In this document: positions 1-12,123 of the stretch, piece after piece
Layout of the letters: each line of letters begins with the position of its first letter
Position numbering within the stretch: the stretch's first letter is position 1
DNA from: Octopus sinensis
Taxonomy: Eukaryota
NCBI RefSeq assembly: GCF_006345805.1
Contig: NC_043007.1
Span: forward strand, 17,236,001-17,300,000
Length of the DNA stretch: 64,000 nt
Direction: 5' to 3'
The notes under the pieces: model-generated
The model's input: only the letters and a program-made list of their open reading frames with translations
Database searches by the model: none
What the model was told of the DNA's origin: nothing
Program-made: the position numbers and the translations under genes

Positions 1-714
1 TTCTGCAGTTTAGTGTATGTGTGTGTCTGCATGTTCTTGTTTACTATGTGTTTGTGTATCTATATGTATGTTCATGTATGTTTTGAGTACTTGCATACGT
101 GTGTTGTGTGCATATGCAAGTTTGGCCAAAAGTCACCTGACTGTAATTCAAAACGCATCTAATTCCAAGATTAAAACAAAAAAAAAATTATTTTATATGA
201 GACTTCACTAATAAATAGACAAATGTTCTCCATAACCTGACATTGCTTTCGTCAACATCAAATTTTCTTCCAGCGGCCCTATTACCATGCTCTTCAGCAT
301 ATGATATAACTTTAAGTTTAAACATAGCTGAATAAGATCTACGAGACATTTTATGGGCATGTAATGTATAGAATGTTTTATTGGAGATTAATGTACAGGT
401 TTAAGTCCCGCTTATAAAAAACCCTAGTAAAGACCCACAGTAGTTCAAACATTTAATACCGGTATTTAATCAAGTATCTATTGTTTGCCACGGTAATGAT
501 ACAAACTGCCAATACAAACAGCAAAATGAACTATTTAGCACTAAACTATTAAGCACAATTTGTGCGTAATTAGCCCAGCAGCACCTAGTCGAACAAACAC
601 TTGTGCACTTGCGTAATATAATAATGGTGATGTTCTTAACTGTTATATGGGAATGTAAATATGTTTGCAATTGTTTTTGTCACATGATATTCTGTGTTCT
701 GAATACTTTTATTT

Positions 715-963
715 TAGTAAATGTTGCTTACTGCAAGTTATGGATGATTCTTTTATGACTTCATTGCTTTCAGGCTTAGCTTAATGTATTTTCGTGCCCG
801 ACATCACAAAATGCGTCTGAATAAACATTGCCGGACAGCAAATAGAGACTCGGACATTGCTTAGAAAACATTTTTCATTTTTTACCTCGTATATAGTACG
901 CACTAGGTATTTTGACCTTTAAATTTTGGGGAAAAAATGCGGATTATACTCGAGGATTTACGG
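715..963. mobile_element. Fragment (one end) of a TcMar-type MITE, same family as 49473-49985
   Basis: Near-identical to about 49740-49985; ends ...ctcgaggatttacgg|TA. Confidence 0.8.
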
Positions 964-1112
964 TATGTGCTGCTGAAATTGCTGATAATGTGTCTGATAT
1001 GTCCATGCATCTTTTACAACTCCAACTGCAGTAATTGCATGTACATACATTATGTATACATACTCAATATTTTTGCACCAAATGACTAATTTCTTAATTT
1101 TCTCTCTTTTAG

Positions 1113-1841
1113 ATTATGATACTCCTGTACGGCACACCAATGTATTTCAACGTCGAAGTACGAAAACCTTGGCTTCTTACGCACCACAACAATCTGTAAA
1201 TAGCTTTGCTTATAGCGGCCACTCATACATCTCAGCACCAAAGCTACAATGTCATTCCTCAAATTTTTCCCCAACTTCCCACGGTAGTGGAGGTGTTTCT
1301 TCCCCCAACACCAATTCTAATTGTAACTCCAGTGCCAACAACCCAGCTGGCCATATATACCAGAACCTTAATGCAGCTTCTTCACCAGCCCCATCTTCTA
1401 CCCCGTCGCCAGGACATTCTCCTGCGTCGACCTTCTCATCATCCGGCTATGGGTCGGCCTCTAATTTCAACCAAGCTTTTCAGAACATGTCACTGACCAA
1501 CTATCGGCCCAATTCACAGGACTCTCCCAAGCTACAGTCACACCACAATGCGCAACAACACCAAACTGCAACCTGCAATCAGCAGCAAATGGGTCCTCAG
1601 AGTGGAAGTGCATCCCCACAACTGAACCAGGTTGGGTTACATCATCAACATCAGCAACAACACGGGGCTTTGTTGGTGCCGAGTCAGACTGCTGCAAACC
1701 CTGGTCGGGTGGTACCTCGAGCAATTCTTAATCAAGGTGCCCACCACCAGTCACTTACACCGAGTGCACCACCACCTCCCTCACCACAGTCCCTGCATTC
1801 AAAGATGAAACCAGATAATTCACTTGCATCTATAAGAGAAG
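1113..1841 (+). CDS. SAV1: Salvador/SAV1 homolog, internal coding exon (S/Q/N/H-rich low-complexity N-terminal region); upstream exons outside window
   Basis: Acceptor ttttctctcttttAG at 1111-1112 and donor GTgaga at 1842. 729 nt open frame, phase 1 at both ends; splices in frame to the downstream exons that encode the WW and SARAH domains. Confidence 0.8.
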
Positions 1842-2029
1842 GTGAGATAACTTCGATATTTGCTTGGGTTTGCTTTTTAAACCCTTTGCCTGTCCCCATA
1901 TCACACATTATATGGTGGCATATTTCCATAGCATCCATGCATCGTATATGATACACTTTTTTTTTTCAGCCACCAGAGTAATTTTGCTCTTATGAAAGGA
2001 AAGTTTTTTATTACTCAGAACAAATCAAA

Positions 2030-2584
2030 ATCGATGACTGGCATCCGTGCTAGCGGGGTGCAAAGAGCACCATACGAGCATGATCGTTGTCAGAGCAGCT
2101 AACTAGCTTCTGTGCTGGTGGCACGTAAAAGGCACTATTCGAGTGTCATCGTTACCAGTGTCGCCTTACTGGCACTTGTGCCCGTGCTAGTAGGGTGCCA
2201 AGAGCACCATCCGAGCGTGATCGTTGACAGAGCAGCTAACCGGCTTCCATGCCAGTGGCACATAAAAGGCACCATTCGAGTGTGATCGTTACCAGCGTCG
2301 CCTTACTGGCACCTGTGCCAGTGGCATGTGTAAAAAGATTCGAGCGAGGTCGTTTCCAGTACAGCCTGACTGGCCCCCGTGCAGGTGGCACGTAAAAAGC
2401 ACCCACTACACTCTCGGAGTGGTTGGCGTTAGGAAGGGCATCAAGCTGTAGAAACTCTGCCAGATCAGATTGGAGCCTGGTGCAGCCATCTGGTTCGCCA
2501 GTCCTCAGTCAAAATCGTCCAACCCATGCTAGCATGGAAAGCGGATGTTAAACGGTGATGATGATGATGATGATGATAATGATG
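2030..2584 (+). mobile_element. SINE-like family C ((GAT)n tail, internal modular repeats)
   Basis: Repeated modules ggcaccattcgagcgtgatcgttaccag...gtgccNNNggcac, a core gagtggttggcgttaggaagggcatccagc and a 3' end gcggatgttaaacg(gat)n; more than 10 copies in the window. Confidence 0.85.
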
Positions 2585-3244
2585 TATGAAACATTTAGGG
2601 CTAACTAAAAGTCTAACAACAAGCATAGACGTTTAAGACTAACTTGTGAAAATACTTTAGACAGGCAAAAGAGTTAACATGTGTATGAGATCAATTTTAT
2701 GAAGGGGAAGCAGTATAATCAATTTGTATAGCTGATATAAACAGGTATTTATTTCATCAACAATCCAGGTGTGATAAATGCTAACACTTACTTGAGGAGG
2801 ATTTGAACCAAGAATCTAGTGAGACTAAATTAGATGCTGTTAGACATTTTAACCTGGCACTGTACAGTCACGGCTACCCCTCATGTCTTCTGCTTTTGAT
2901 CAGTAATAATGCTTAATGATAGAACAGAGGAATTTTCTACTAATGATTATTGAGACTCTTAGTTAATTGGATTAGGAGTGTATTTTATTAGTCCTCATCA
3001 CAAGCTCATCCCCTTAAAACAGAATGCTTCCCCCTTTTTATACTCTCTGTCAAAGAAAGCACAAGCATTTTCACACACATACACATGAATGAACTTCAGC
3101 CAACCAAATTCATTCATAAGGCTTCAATTGCCCTGTGGCTATATTACAATGTGACCTGACTTTTCGTCTGATGTTACTTTGTCCAACGTCACTTCATTCA
3201 CATCTTTTGGTCTAATGTCTTTTTGTCCAATGACTTTTTGTTCA

Positions 3245-3638
3245 ATCTCTATATATATAAAGCTGAAGTTGTCTGTGTATGGCAGGTTTGGTAGCCTTCA
3301 ACTAACCCTAACTCCTCTGAGACCCTGCGGCGCAAGTTGACCAAAATTGAGAGTATGACAGAAGAAGGCTTGCTCTTCCTTCTGTAGAATAAAAAATTCA
3401 AATCGGACCATGTTAACACCAAAAGTTATTTACATCAAAAAGGTGCTTTTTTTCCATGAAAATCCCTATTTTTTACGATTTTTTGACTGCTGTGTCACTA
3501 TTTTTTGGTGTATTTCAACCAGAAAAATGTTCACTTAAAGAGAATTAGAAGCTACATAATGCAAAATTTTTACTTTTCAAAAATTTCAATTCTAAAGGGT
3601 CAAAACAAACCCGAGCAACACCAGGCGATACTGCTAGT
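3245..3638 (-). mobile_element. Non-autonomous Helitron/Helentron-like element, subfamily A
   Basis: Terminus ACTAGCAGTATCGCCTGGTGTTGCTCGGG on the minus strand, other end acagacaacttcagctttatatatatagagat. Colinear copy at 48276-48669; no TSD seen. Confidence 0.65.
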
Positions 3639-4449
3639 TTTAAATAAACTTTTTAGAAAACAAGGTGAACATCAAAATCAAATAATCATTGAGAATTTTA
3701 TTGATAGGATTTGTTGTTGGACAAAAAAAAAATCATTGGACAAAAAGATGTTTGATGAAGTGACATCGGACAAAAAGACATAGTACCATATTAGAAGACA
3801 CTTGCTCAGAGCACCATGCAGTGGGACTGAACCCAAAGCAATGTGGTTTGGAGGTGAACTTTTTACCCACACAGCCATGCCTGCAGATAGAATCACCCTT
3901 AAGTTGGAGACTCCCAAGTTCTAACCAACGATAAATACATTGGTTGGAACTAGAGAGGACTATCCAGTTGTAAAAATATCCTTGATAGCAAACTGAAGTC
4001 ACTCAACCTGCTAGAAATAGTAACCAAATCTTTCTCTGTCTTAAAGGCAAGACATTGGATAATGAAGTCCTAGATACATTATATTTGAAAAAAAAAAAAG
4101 AGGGCACAGCTAGAAAGCCTTTAATTGTAGGTCTGGCTGCTCTAGACTGACTTTGGGCTAAACAACATCAGTATAATAATTTCGTAATTTGACTGTTCCA
4201 TTTTATTTATGTAGTTATGGTGTATTTTTAGAAGAGGTTGATAAAAAAGGCCAAACTTGCTATCTTCAATCTGGATTTCGTGCCTATGATGGGTAATGAC
4301 CAAAAGACTTTGGTCACAAATACAAGCAGCCAAAATGGGGATCCTTCAAAGGATCTCTGGAGTAATGTTACTCAACAGGGTGCATAGCTTCGAGATCAGA
4401 AAGTCACTCTGGATTGAGCTGCTACTTCTCCACATTGAAAAGTCATAGC

Positions 4450-4451
<2 letters not shown>

Positions 4452-4487
<36 letters not shown>

Positions 4488-4890
4488 TGTTTAACGTCTG
4501 TTTCCCATGCTAGCATGGGTTGGATGGCTCGACCGGGGTCTGGGAAGCCAGAAGGCTGCACCAGACTCCAGTCTGATCTGGCAGTGTTTCTACAGCTTGA
4601 TGCCCTTCCTAATGCCAACCACTCCATGAGTGTAGTGGGTGCTTTTTATGTGCCACCGGCATGGAAGCCAATCAAGGCGGCGCTGGCATCAGCCACGTTT
4701 GGATGGTGCTTTTTACGTGCCACCGGCAGAGGGATCACTACTATAATTTCCATTGATTTTTGATGTTGGTGTACTTGACTCAATAGGTCTCCTCAAGCAC
4801 AGGGTCGAAACGGTGTTTCTTTACTTGCCACCTGCACAGGAGTCAGTCCAGCGGCACTGGCAACTACCGGGTGCCAGTCATAGGATTGGT
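4452..4890 (-). mobile_element. SINE-like family C copy
   Basis: (CAT)n tract followed by the reverse complement of the family C core. Confidence 0.85.
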
Positions 4891-5227
4891 TCAATTTCAA
4901 ATGTCATGGGAAAGGATTGCAAGACAGATTCTTCAAGCCAACACAACCAGCAGCAGACCTAGGGGTAAACCATGAGTGAGATGATTGGTTAATATCCATA
5001 GTCTTGAGAATCTAGTTTAATGATAGTTATTTCTGATAAGACCCCAAGGTATCCAGCCATAAAACCCATGCCAAAACAGACAATGAAGTTTGGTGCAGTC
5101 TTCTGGCTTGCCAGCTCCTGTCAAACTGTCGAACCCATGCCAGTATGGAAGATGGACATTATATTGTGATATCATATTCTTATGATATCGTAAATAGTTT
5201 ATATCATATTTTTATATAATAGTTTAT

Positions 5228-5510
5228 AGCGTCGCCTTACTGGCACTTGTGCCAGTGTGCAGGTGACACATAAAAAAAAAAACACGATTTTTCCATGGCC
5301 GTTGCCAGTACCGCCTGACTGGCCCTTGTGCCAGTGGCACGTAAAAGCACCCACTACACTCTCGGAGTGGTTGGCATTAGGAAAGGCATCCAGCTGTAGA
5401 AACTCTGCCAGATCAAGATTGGAGCCTGGTGCAGCCATCTGGTTCGCCAGTCCTCAGTCAAATCGTCCAACCCATGGAAAGTGGACGTTAAACGATGATG
5501 ATGATGATAT
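5228..5510 (+). mobile_element. SINE-like family C copy (5' truncated)
   Basis: Family C core and ttaaacgatgatgat tail. Confidence 0.8.
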
Positions 5511-5963
5511 CATATTTTTATGATCTTGTCATTGACACAATTCCACTGCAGCTTCGCATATTTTTTAAATGTCTAAGAAAACGACCCATCAACACTTTGT
5601 TCCAGTTTCAACACACTGTCGTAGGTTAAATCTCTTGCATTGTGATTACAGCTCTAAAGTTTCCATTTTATCTATGCAGACACAGACAATTATGGCATAC
5701 GGCCTAGTGGTTAAGCTGGTGCACGTATGATTGTAAGGTCGTGGTTTCAATTTACAGACCAAGCAGTGCATTGTGGTCTTGAGCAAAACACTTCATTTCA
5801 TGTTACTTCAGCCCTTCAGGATCACCATCCTTTTACATCCATTTTCCATGTTAGCTTGGGTTGAACAGGCATGGGTTGTCTGCTGGGGGAGTTAACCTTG
5901 CAATGGACTGGCATCCCATTCAGGGTGAGTGTTGTAATCTCATGCACTTATATTCCATGGAAA

Positions 5964-6196
5964 GGCAGCGAGCTGGCAGAAACGTTAGCACGCCGGGCGA
6001 AATGCGTAGCCGTATTTCGTCTGCCATTACGTTCTGAGTTCAAATTCCGCTGAGGTCAACTTTGCCTTTCATCCTTTCAGGGTTGATAAATTAAGTACCA
6101 GTTACGCACTGGGGTCGATGTAATTGACTTAATCCCTTTGTCTGTCCTTGTTTGTCACCTCTGTGTTTAGCCCCTTGTGGGTAGTAAAGAAATATG
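5964..6196 (+). mobile_element. tRNA-derived SINE family B (Meta-domain-like core)
   Basis: B-box-like gagttcaaattcc and core gcctttcatcctttcggggtcgataaattaagtaccag; 13-bp TSD tattccatggaaa (5951-5963 / 6197-6209). Confidence 0.9.
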
Positions 6197-7022
6197 TATT
6201 CCATGGAAACCTGGTTGTCTGGCCTTATAAGTTCTAGGGATTGTGACAGACCAAGACATAGACAATCCAACTACATCCAAGTACATTCTTTTACTGGTTT
6301 CAGTCGTTGGACTTCAGCCCATGCTGGGGTACTGCCTTCAAGGGTTTTAGTCAGTCATATCAACCTTAGTATTTATTACAGCTCAGTATTTTGTTATAAC
6401 AATCTCTATTTTTTGAACTGCTAAGTTACAGTTATAAATGGGCAACACCTGTTTTTAGGCCAGTATATGCACAAGAACAGATATGGACATGCACACACAC
6501 ACGTGCACACAGATATGTATATGAAGGGTTTCAGCACAGTTTCCATCTATCAAATTCCACTCACATGGTGTTGGTCAAACCAATGCTTGCGTAGAAGACA
6601 CTTGTCAAAGATGCTATGAAGTGGAGCTATGCATGGGCTTGTGGTATGGTACAGTTGCAGCTATGTAGACCTGGCACCGTGCCATCTTATTTATGGCACA
6701 GTTCCATTATTCTTATATAAACACAGTACAATTGCAGCTACGTAGACAAGGCACGGCTACATCTCGTCTTAGCATTTTAATGAAGGGAGTTAATTAGAAA
6801 AAAAAATGTGTTGCAAAGAATAAACCCTATTAGTTACTGAGCCTTTTGTCAAATGAGGGAAACAACTCCAGACTTGTTTCAGCCTTATTCAACCACCTCA
6901 GTAAAGCATAGATTTCTCCGAATATGCTGGAGCAGTGAAAAAAACAATCGCTCAGTAAATATACTGTAATGTGCGCTTGATACTCTTGTAAATATTTCAG
7001 GGAAACATTTACTTTAGATACC

Positions 7023-7499
7023 TATTTCTTTATTACCCATAAGGGGCTAAACACAGAGGGGACGAACAAGGACAGACAAACGGATTAAGTCGATTATATT
7101 GACCCCAGTGCATAACTGGTACTTAATTTATCGACCCCAAAAGGACGAAAGGTAAAGTTGATCTTGGCGGAATTTGAACTCAGAACGTAGCGGCAGACGA
7201 AATACGGTTAAGCATTTCGCCTGGCGTGCTAACGTTTCTGCCAGCAAGCCACCTTGCTTTAGATACCTTTCTCTTTATTACCCACAAGGGGCTAAACACA
7301 GGGGATGAACAAGGACAGACATAGGTATTAAGTCGATTACATCGACCCCTGTGCGTAACTGGTACTTAATTTATCGACCCCGAAAGGATGAAAGGCAAAG
7401 TCGACCTTGGCGGAATTTGAACTCAGAACATAGTGGCAGACGAAATACGGCTACGCATTTCGCCCGGCATGCTAACGATTCTGCCAGCTCGCTGCCTTG
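7023..7499 (-). mobile_element. Two head-to-tail full-length SINE family B copies
   Basis: Copies at 7023-7256 and 7268-7499, separated and flanked by three copies of (ta)ctttagatacc. Confidence 0.88.
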
Positions 7500-7703
7500 A
7501 TTTACTTTAGATACCATCATATGATTCCCCTCACCACACACAAAAGAAAAAGAGTACAATAGAATAGTGTTAACTTTTACATACCCCCTGAATTAAAAAT
7601 GTTAACCAAAGCAGTTGCACAATATGTATAAAGTATATAACGGACATGGGGAAAGTTCCATTTTGACCATAAAAAACCTATTAATTTGACATTGTTTTTG
7701 CAG

Positions 7704-8042
7704 AAGCTACAATGAAAAATGAAGAAACAACAAGTCCGTCACAGTTACAGCCTGTTGGTACGACAGTAGTGACCAGCTATAACAACAACACAAATGTATA
7801 TAGTGCTGCAAAGGCTTACAATGCTAATTCTGTCTATACTCCTGAGTATTACAACCAATGTGATGAGAACTATCAGATCCAACAATACCATCAAGAAATC
7901 CGCAACCACTACGCTCAGCAAAACCAAACAGCTACTGTTGGCAATGTTGGTGCACACCAACAGGCAGTGATACCAGTTGCTGGAACAAACCAGGAACTTG
8001 TACATGTTAGTGGCAATACTACACCGTCTTCTTCTTCCACCG
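7704..8042 (+). CDS. SAV1: Salvador/SAV1 homolog, internal coding exon (Q/N/T/Y-rich)
   Basis: Acceptor ttgtttttgcAG at 7702-7703 and donor GTtagt at 8043. 339 nt, phase 1/1; G+AA gives Glu then ATMKNEETTSPSQ..., keeping frame with both neighbouring exons. Confidence 0.8.
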
Positions 8043-8107
8043 GTTAGTTATTTTATTTTATTTGATTACAAAGTACAATGGTTGCAGGGTTTAGGGTTTT
8101 GGGCTGC

Positions 8108-8563
8108 TGATCGTTGACAGAGCGGCTAACCGGCTTCTGTGCCAGTGGCACATAAAAGGGCACCATTCGAGTATGATCGTTACCAGCGTCGCCTTACTGG
8201 CACATGTGCATGTGCTAGTAGGGTTCTAATCCGAGCGTGATCGTTGCCAGAGCAGCCAACTGGCTTCCGTACCTGTGGCACGTAAAAGGGCACCATTCGA
8301 GCGTGATCGTTGCCAATGTCGCTTCAGTGGCACGTGTAAAAAAGATTTGAGCGAGGTTGTTGCCAGTACCGCCTGACTGGCGCCCGTGCCAGTGACACAT
8401 AAAAAGCACCTACTACACTCTTGGAGTGGTTGGCACTAGGAAGGGCATCCAGCTGTAGAAACTCTGCCAGTGCAGCCATTCGGTTTGCCAGCCCTCAGTC
8501 AAAATCGTCCAACCCATGCTAGCATGGAAAGCGGACGTTAAACGATGATGATGATAATGATGA
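8108..8563 (+). mobile_element. SINE-like family C copy
   Basis: Modular repeats, core and (GAT)n tail as at 2030-2584. Confidence 0.85.
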
Positions 8564-8820
8564 CTACAGGGTCATGTGTTAAAAACTTTGACACAGCTTT
8601 GTTGTGTTGCAACTCTAGGTGAGGTGCATAACTGCCTGATTCATAATATTTCACTCACTCCTCAGACTACACAGCTAAGTTAATAATGCTAGGGGTAGCA
8701 TCGTGTTGTGAAAGTAATTACATCATCAGTTTTTGAATTATTTGAATTTGTTAAAACCTCCAAGTACTGTTGTTGTTATGGAAAAATAACAAACTATAAA
8801 TGAACAAAAATAATAATCTG

Positions 8821-9135
8821 TTTCGTCGCCCTTTTCAAGCCTAGCCATTTCATGGGCCCGGTTTCCTGGTCTCTGTGGCGTATGTGTTCCCCACAGCTGG
8901 ATGGGACGCCAGTCCATCGCACTGTTACTCAAGAAACAGGAAGAGAGAGTGAGAGAAAGTTGTGGCAAAAGAGTAAGAATACAACAGGGGTCGCCACCAC
9001 CCCCTGCCGGAACCTCATGGACCTTTTAAGTGTTTTCGCTCAATAAACACACACAACGCCCGGTCTGGTAATCGAAACCGCGATCCTCCGACCGCGAGTC
9101 CGCTGCCCTAACCACTGGGCCATTGCACCTCCACA
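8821..9135 (-). mobile_element. tRNA-derived SINE family E
   Basis: Minus-strand head ggaggtgcaatggcccagtggttagggcagcggactcgcggtcggaggatcgcggtttcgattacc with A/B-box-like motifs; second copy at 29579-29855. Confidence 0.8.
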
Positions 9136-9803
9136 ACTATCTGTTTGCCCGAGAGTTATTCAGTTATTTATTTATCCAATTAAGCCAAGAAATACTGAGT
9201 ATTCTCCCTTATCTAAGCAAACTTAGTCGCTCAGAATTAACATACAGAATTAAGTTAACAAAAATAATTCACAAATTACCATTACCATTTGAAAAATTCG
9301 GTGGTGGCGGGGGAATGAAACATAAAGAAATTACAAACACCTTTAAAGACAAACAAAAGTGATTTAAATATTAAATAAAATAAAGTACTTAAATTAAAAC
9401 TTTAATCATAATTATTTAAATGCAAAGAGGTACATGCTTTGTTAAAAAACAATTAGTGGACAAATATTAATACTAAGGGTGTTTTGATATATATCATCAT
9501 CATCATCATTTAATGTTCATTTTTCCATGCTTGCTTGGATCAGACTGAACTTGTTGAGGCAGATTTCCTATGACAGATGCCCTTCCTGTCACCAACCCTT
9601 ATTGGTTTCCAAGCAAGGTAATATTTTCCCGTGGTCAGATATGTTTTCTATGGAGGATTGGGAATAAACAACCTTGCTTGTTCATTTGCAATCATCTTGT
9701 GAAGTCTAGACAAGGTTACACACAAACATACACACATATATATATATAGCATGAGCTTCTTTCAGTTTTTGTCCACCTAATCCACTTACAAGGCCCAGAG
9801 CTA

Positions 9804-10174
9804 CATCATCATCATCATCGTTTAACATCCGCTTTCCATGCTAGCATGGGTTGGACGGTTCGGCTGAGGTCTGGGAAGCCAGGAGGCTGCACCAGGCTCC
9901 AGTCTGATCTGGCAGTGTTTCTACAGCTGGATGCCCTTCCTAACGCCAACTACTCCGTGAGTGTAGTGGGTGCTTTTTACGTGCCACTGGCAGGGGTGCC
10001 AGGTGAGGCTGGCAACAGCCACGATCGGTTGGTGCTTTTTATGTGCCACCGGCATGGAAGCCAGTCAAGGTGGCGCTGGCATCAGCCACGTTCAGATGGT
10101 GCTTTTTATGTGCCACCGGCACAGGGATCACAACTACAATTTCCATTGATTTTTGATGTTGATGTTGACTCAAT
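9804..10174 (-). mobile_element. SINE-like family C copy
   Basis: (CAT)n tract plus the reverse-complement family C core. Confidence 0.8.
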
Positions 10175-10454
10175 CCCAGATGAAAAATTAAATCAATATA
10201 TCAAATTTGAAAATTTTCACTTAATTCTAAAATTTCCAAATCTATGACAGCAACCAAAAAATTTCTAATGTTCAATTTCCCTCCACTCATCTATGACAGT
10301 GTTTGTTCCCTCAGCCCTCCATCACAATATTCATTCCATCCAACCCCTCCATCATAATGTTTCACCACCATTCTCTACAGTAGAAAACAATTCTGCAAGA
10401 TGCCATTAGTGGGACTGAACCCAAGACCACATAGTTGGGAAGCAAGCTTCTAAA

Positions 10455-10850
10455 TCACACAACCATCTTACTAACAATAACTGAGCACCTTTTCAAACTC
10501 CACCTGTCTAACACCTGTGGACATGTTTACAAAGTCAGAAAACAGCACAGCTCCCATGACTTTCGGAAACATTTTTTCACGCTGAGAGTTGCTGAAGCAT
10601 GGAACAAACTGCCGGCATCAGTTGTTAGTTGTCGGAGCACTGCATCCTTCAAAACTTCCATGCTTCCTGAGATTGCCAACACCACACCTGATTTTCTCTC
10701 CTCCATACACATGCAAGCATGTCTCTGACTTATACACTGTTCACTTTCCAGACATTTGTACATTACTGCATATGCTTTATACGCACTTTTGACAAGTTGT
10801 GGTGCACCTGAGCACTGTATACAATAATTTAATTATTATTATTATTATTA
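10455..10850 (+). mobile_element. CR1-type LINE 3' end (5'-truncated)
   Basis: Encodes HLFKLHLSNTCGHVYKVRKQ...RKHFFTLRVAEAWNKLPASVV, the typical CR1/L2 ORF2 C-terminus; (ATT)n tail. Copies at 12124-12595 and 62592-63003. Confidence 0.85.
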
Positions 10851-11171
10851 TCCTTTTTTTGAGATGGTTAGGGCATGATTTAAGGGAGACGTGTGGCCTA
10901 GTGGTTAGGATGTTGCACTCACAAGTGTGAGACTGGGTTCTGTGTTGTATTCTTAAGCAAAACACTTCATCTCTGCATTGCTCTGTGATCATTTTGTTAC
11001 CTGACATGTGGTCCACTGTGCACCTGTTCAGGCAACATCGATTTTATAGAGGGAGTTAGCTAATGTATGGCACATACATTTGATCACTATAAGAAATTAT
11101 TTGTGCAGGTCATTTGGTAAAAGCTGAACGCTCATATGTTGTCTTTGATCGGAGAGCCCACCATGTATATA

Positions 11172-11542
11172 TACTCTTTACTCTTTTACTTGTTTCAGTC
11201 ATCTGACTGTGGCCATGCTGGAGCACCAACTTTAGTCGAGCAAATCAACCCCAGGATTTATTCTTTGTAAGCCTAGTACTTATTCTATCGGTTTCTTTTG
11301 CCGAACCACTAAGTTACAGGGACATAAACACACCAGCATTGGTTGTCAAGCGATGTTGGGGGACAAACGCAGACACACACACACATATATACATATATAC
11401 GATGGGCTTCTTTCAGTTTCCGTCTACCAAATCCACTCACAAGGCTTTGGTCGGCTCGAGGCTATAGTAGAAGACACTTGCCGAAGGTGCCACGCAGTGG
11501 GACTGAACCTGGAACCATTTGGTTGGTAAGCAATAGGATCTG
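11172..11542 (-). mobile_element. tRNA-derived SINE family A (CORE-like, central microsatellite)
   Basis: Reverse complement of ...gcaccttcggcaagtgtcttctactatagcc...gaaacaagtaaaagagtaaaagagta; many copies in the window. Confidence 0.88.
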
Positions 11543-11610
11543 AAGTAGAAAATTTGCCATAACAAATTCTGTCTGACCATGGAAAAGTGGACGTTAAATG
11601 GTAACAATAG

Positions 11611-11642
<32 letters not shown>

Positions 11643-12123
11643 GTCATGTTAACTTTTAAGATTTTGACTTGATTATTCTTGTCGGCTTGGAACCATTTCA
11701 TCAATACTTCAGCTGATTGTGTAATGAGAACGGGGTTATCAACATATAGAATTCCTCAAGGACAGACAGACAAACAGACAAGCATGCGTAAAACAGTCTG
11801 CCTCAAACCATGAAAAGGTTTGAATCTCTGTCGAAAACGAAAAACCTGTGATTGTTTCAAATGTAGTTACGAATGTAGTCAAGGGAGGCTACTCTTCGAA
11901 GGAAAAATAAAACTAAGAAATTCCTACATGCTAGGTTTCCTTTAAAACGGCCCTGTCGTGTTATAAACACTGACTCTCGTCTGATTACTTAGATGAGCGA
12001 CCGTTGGACAGTGCTAGGTATCGTGGTCGAGTCGACTAGGAAGTGTTTACGTGGTTCTTCGATCTGCAAGAAATACCACCCAGATCTCCCTTAAATCATG
12101 CCCTACCATCTCAAAAAAAGGAT

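Noticed and set aside
1052-1112. ATG at 1052 (and at 12688, 15387, 22192) as translation starts
   Set aside because: These ORF-track starts lie in intron or mid-exon sequence; canonical splice sites define the real exon borders.
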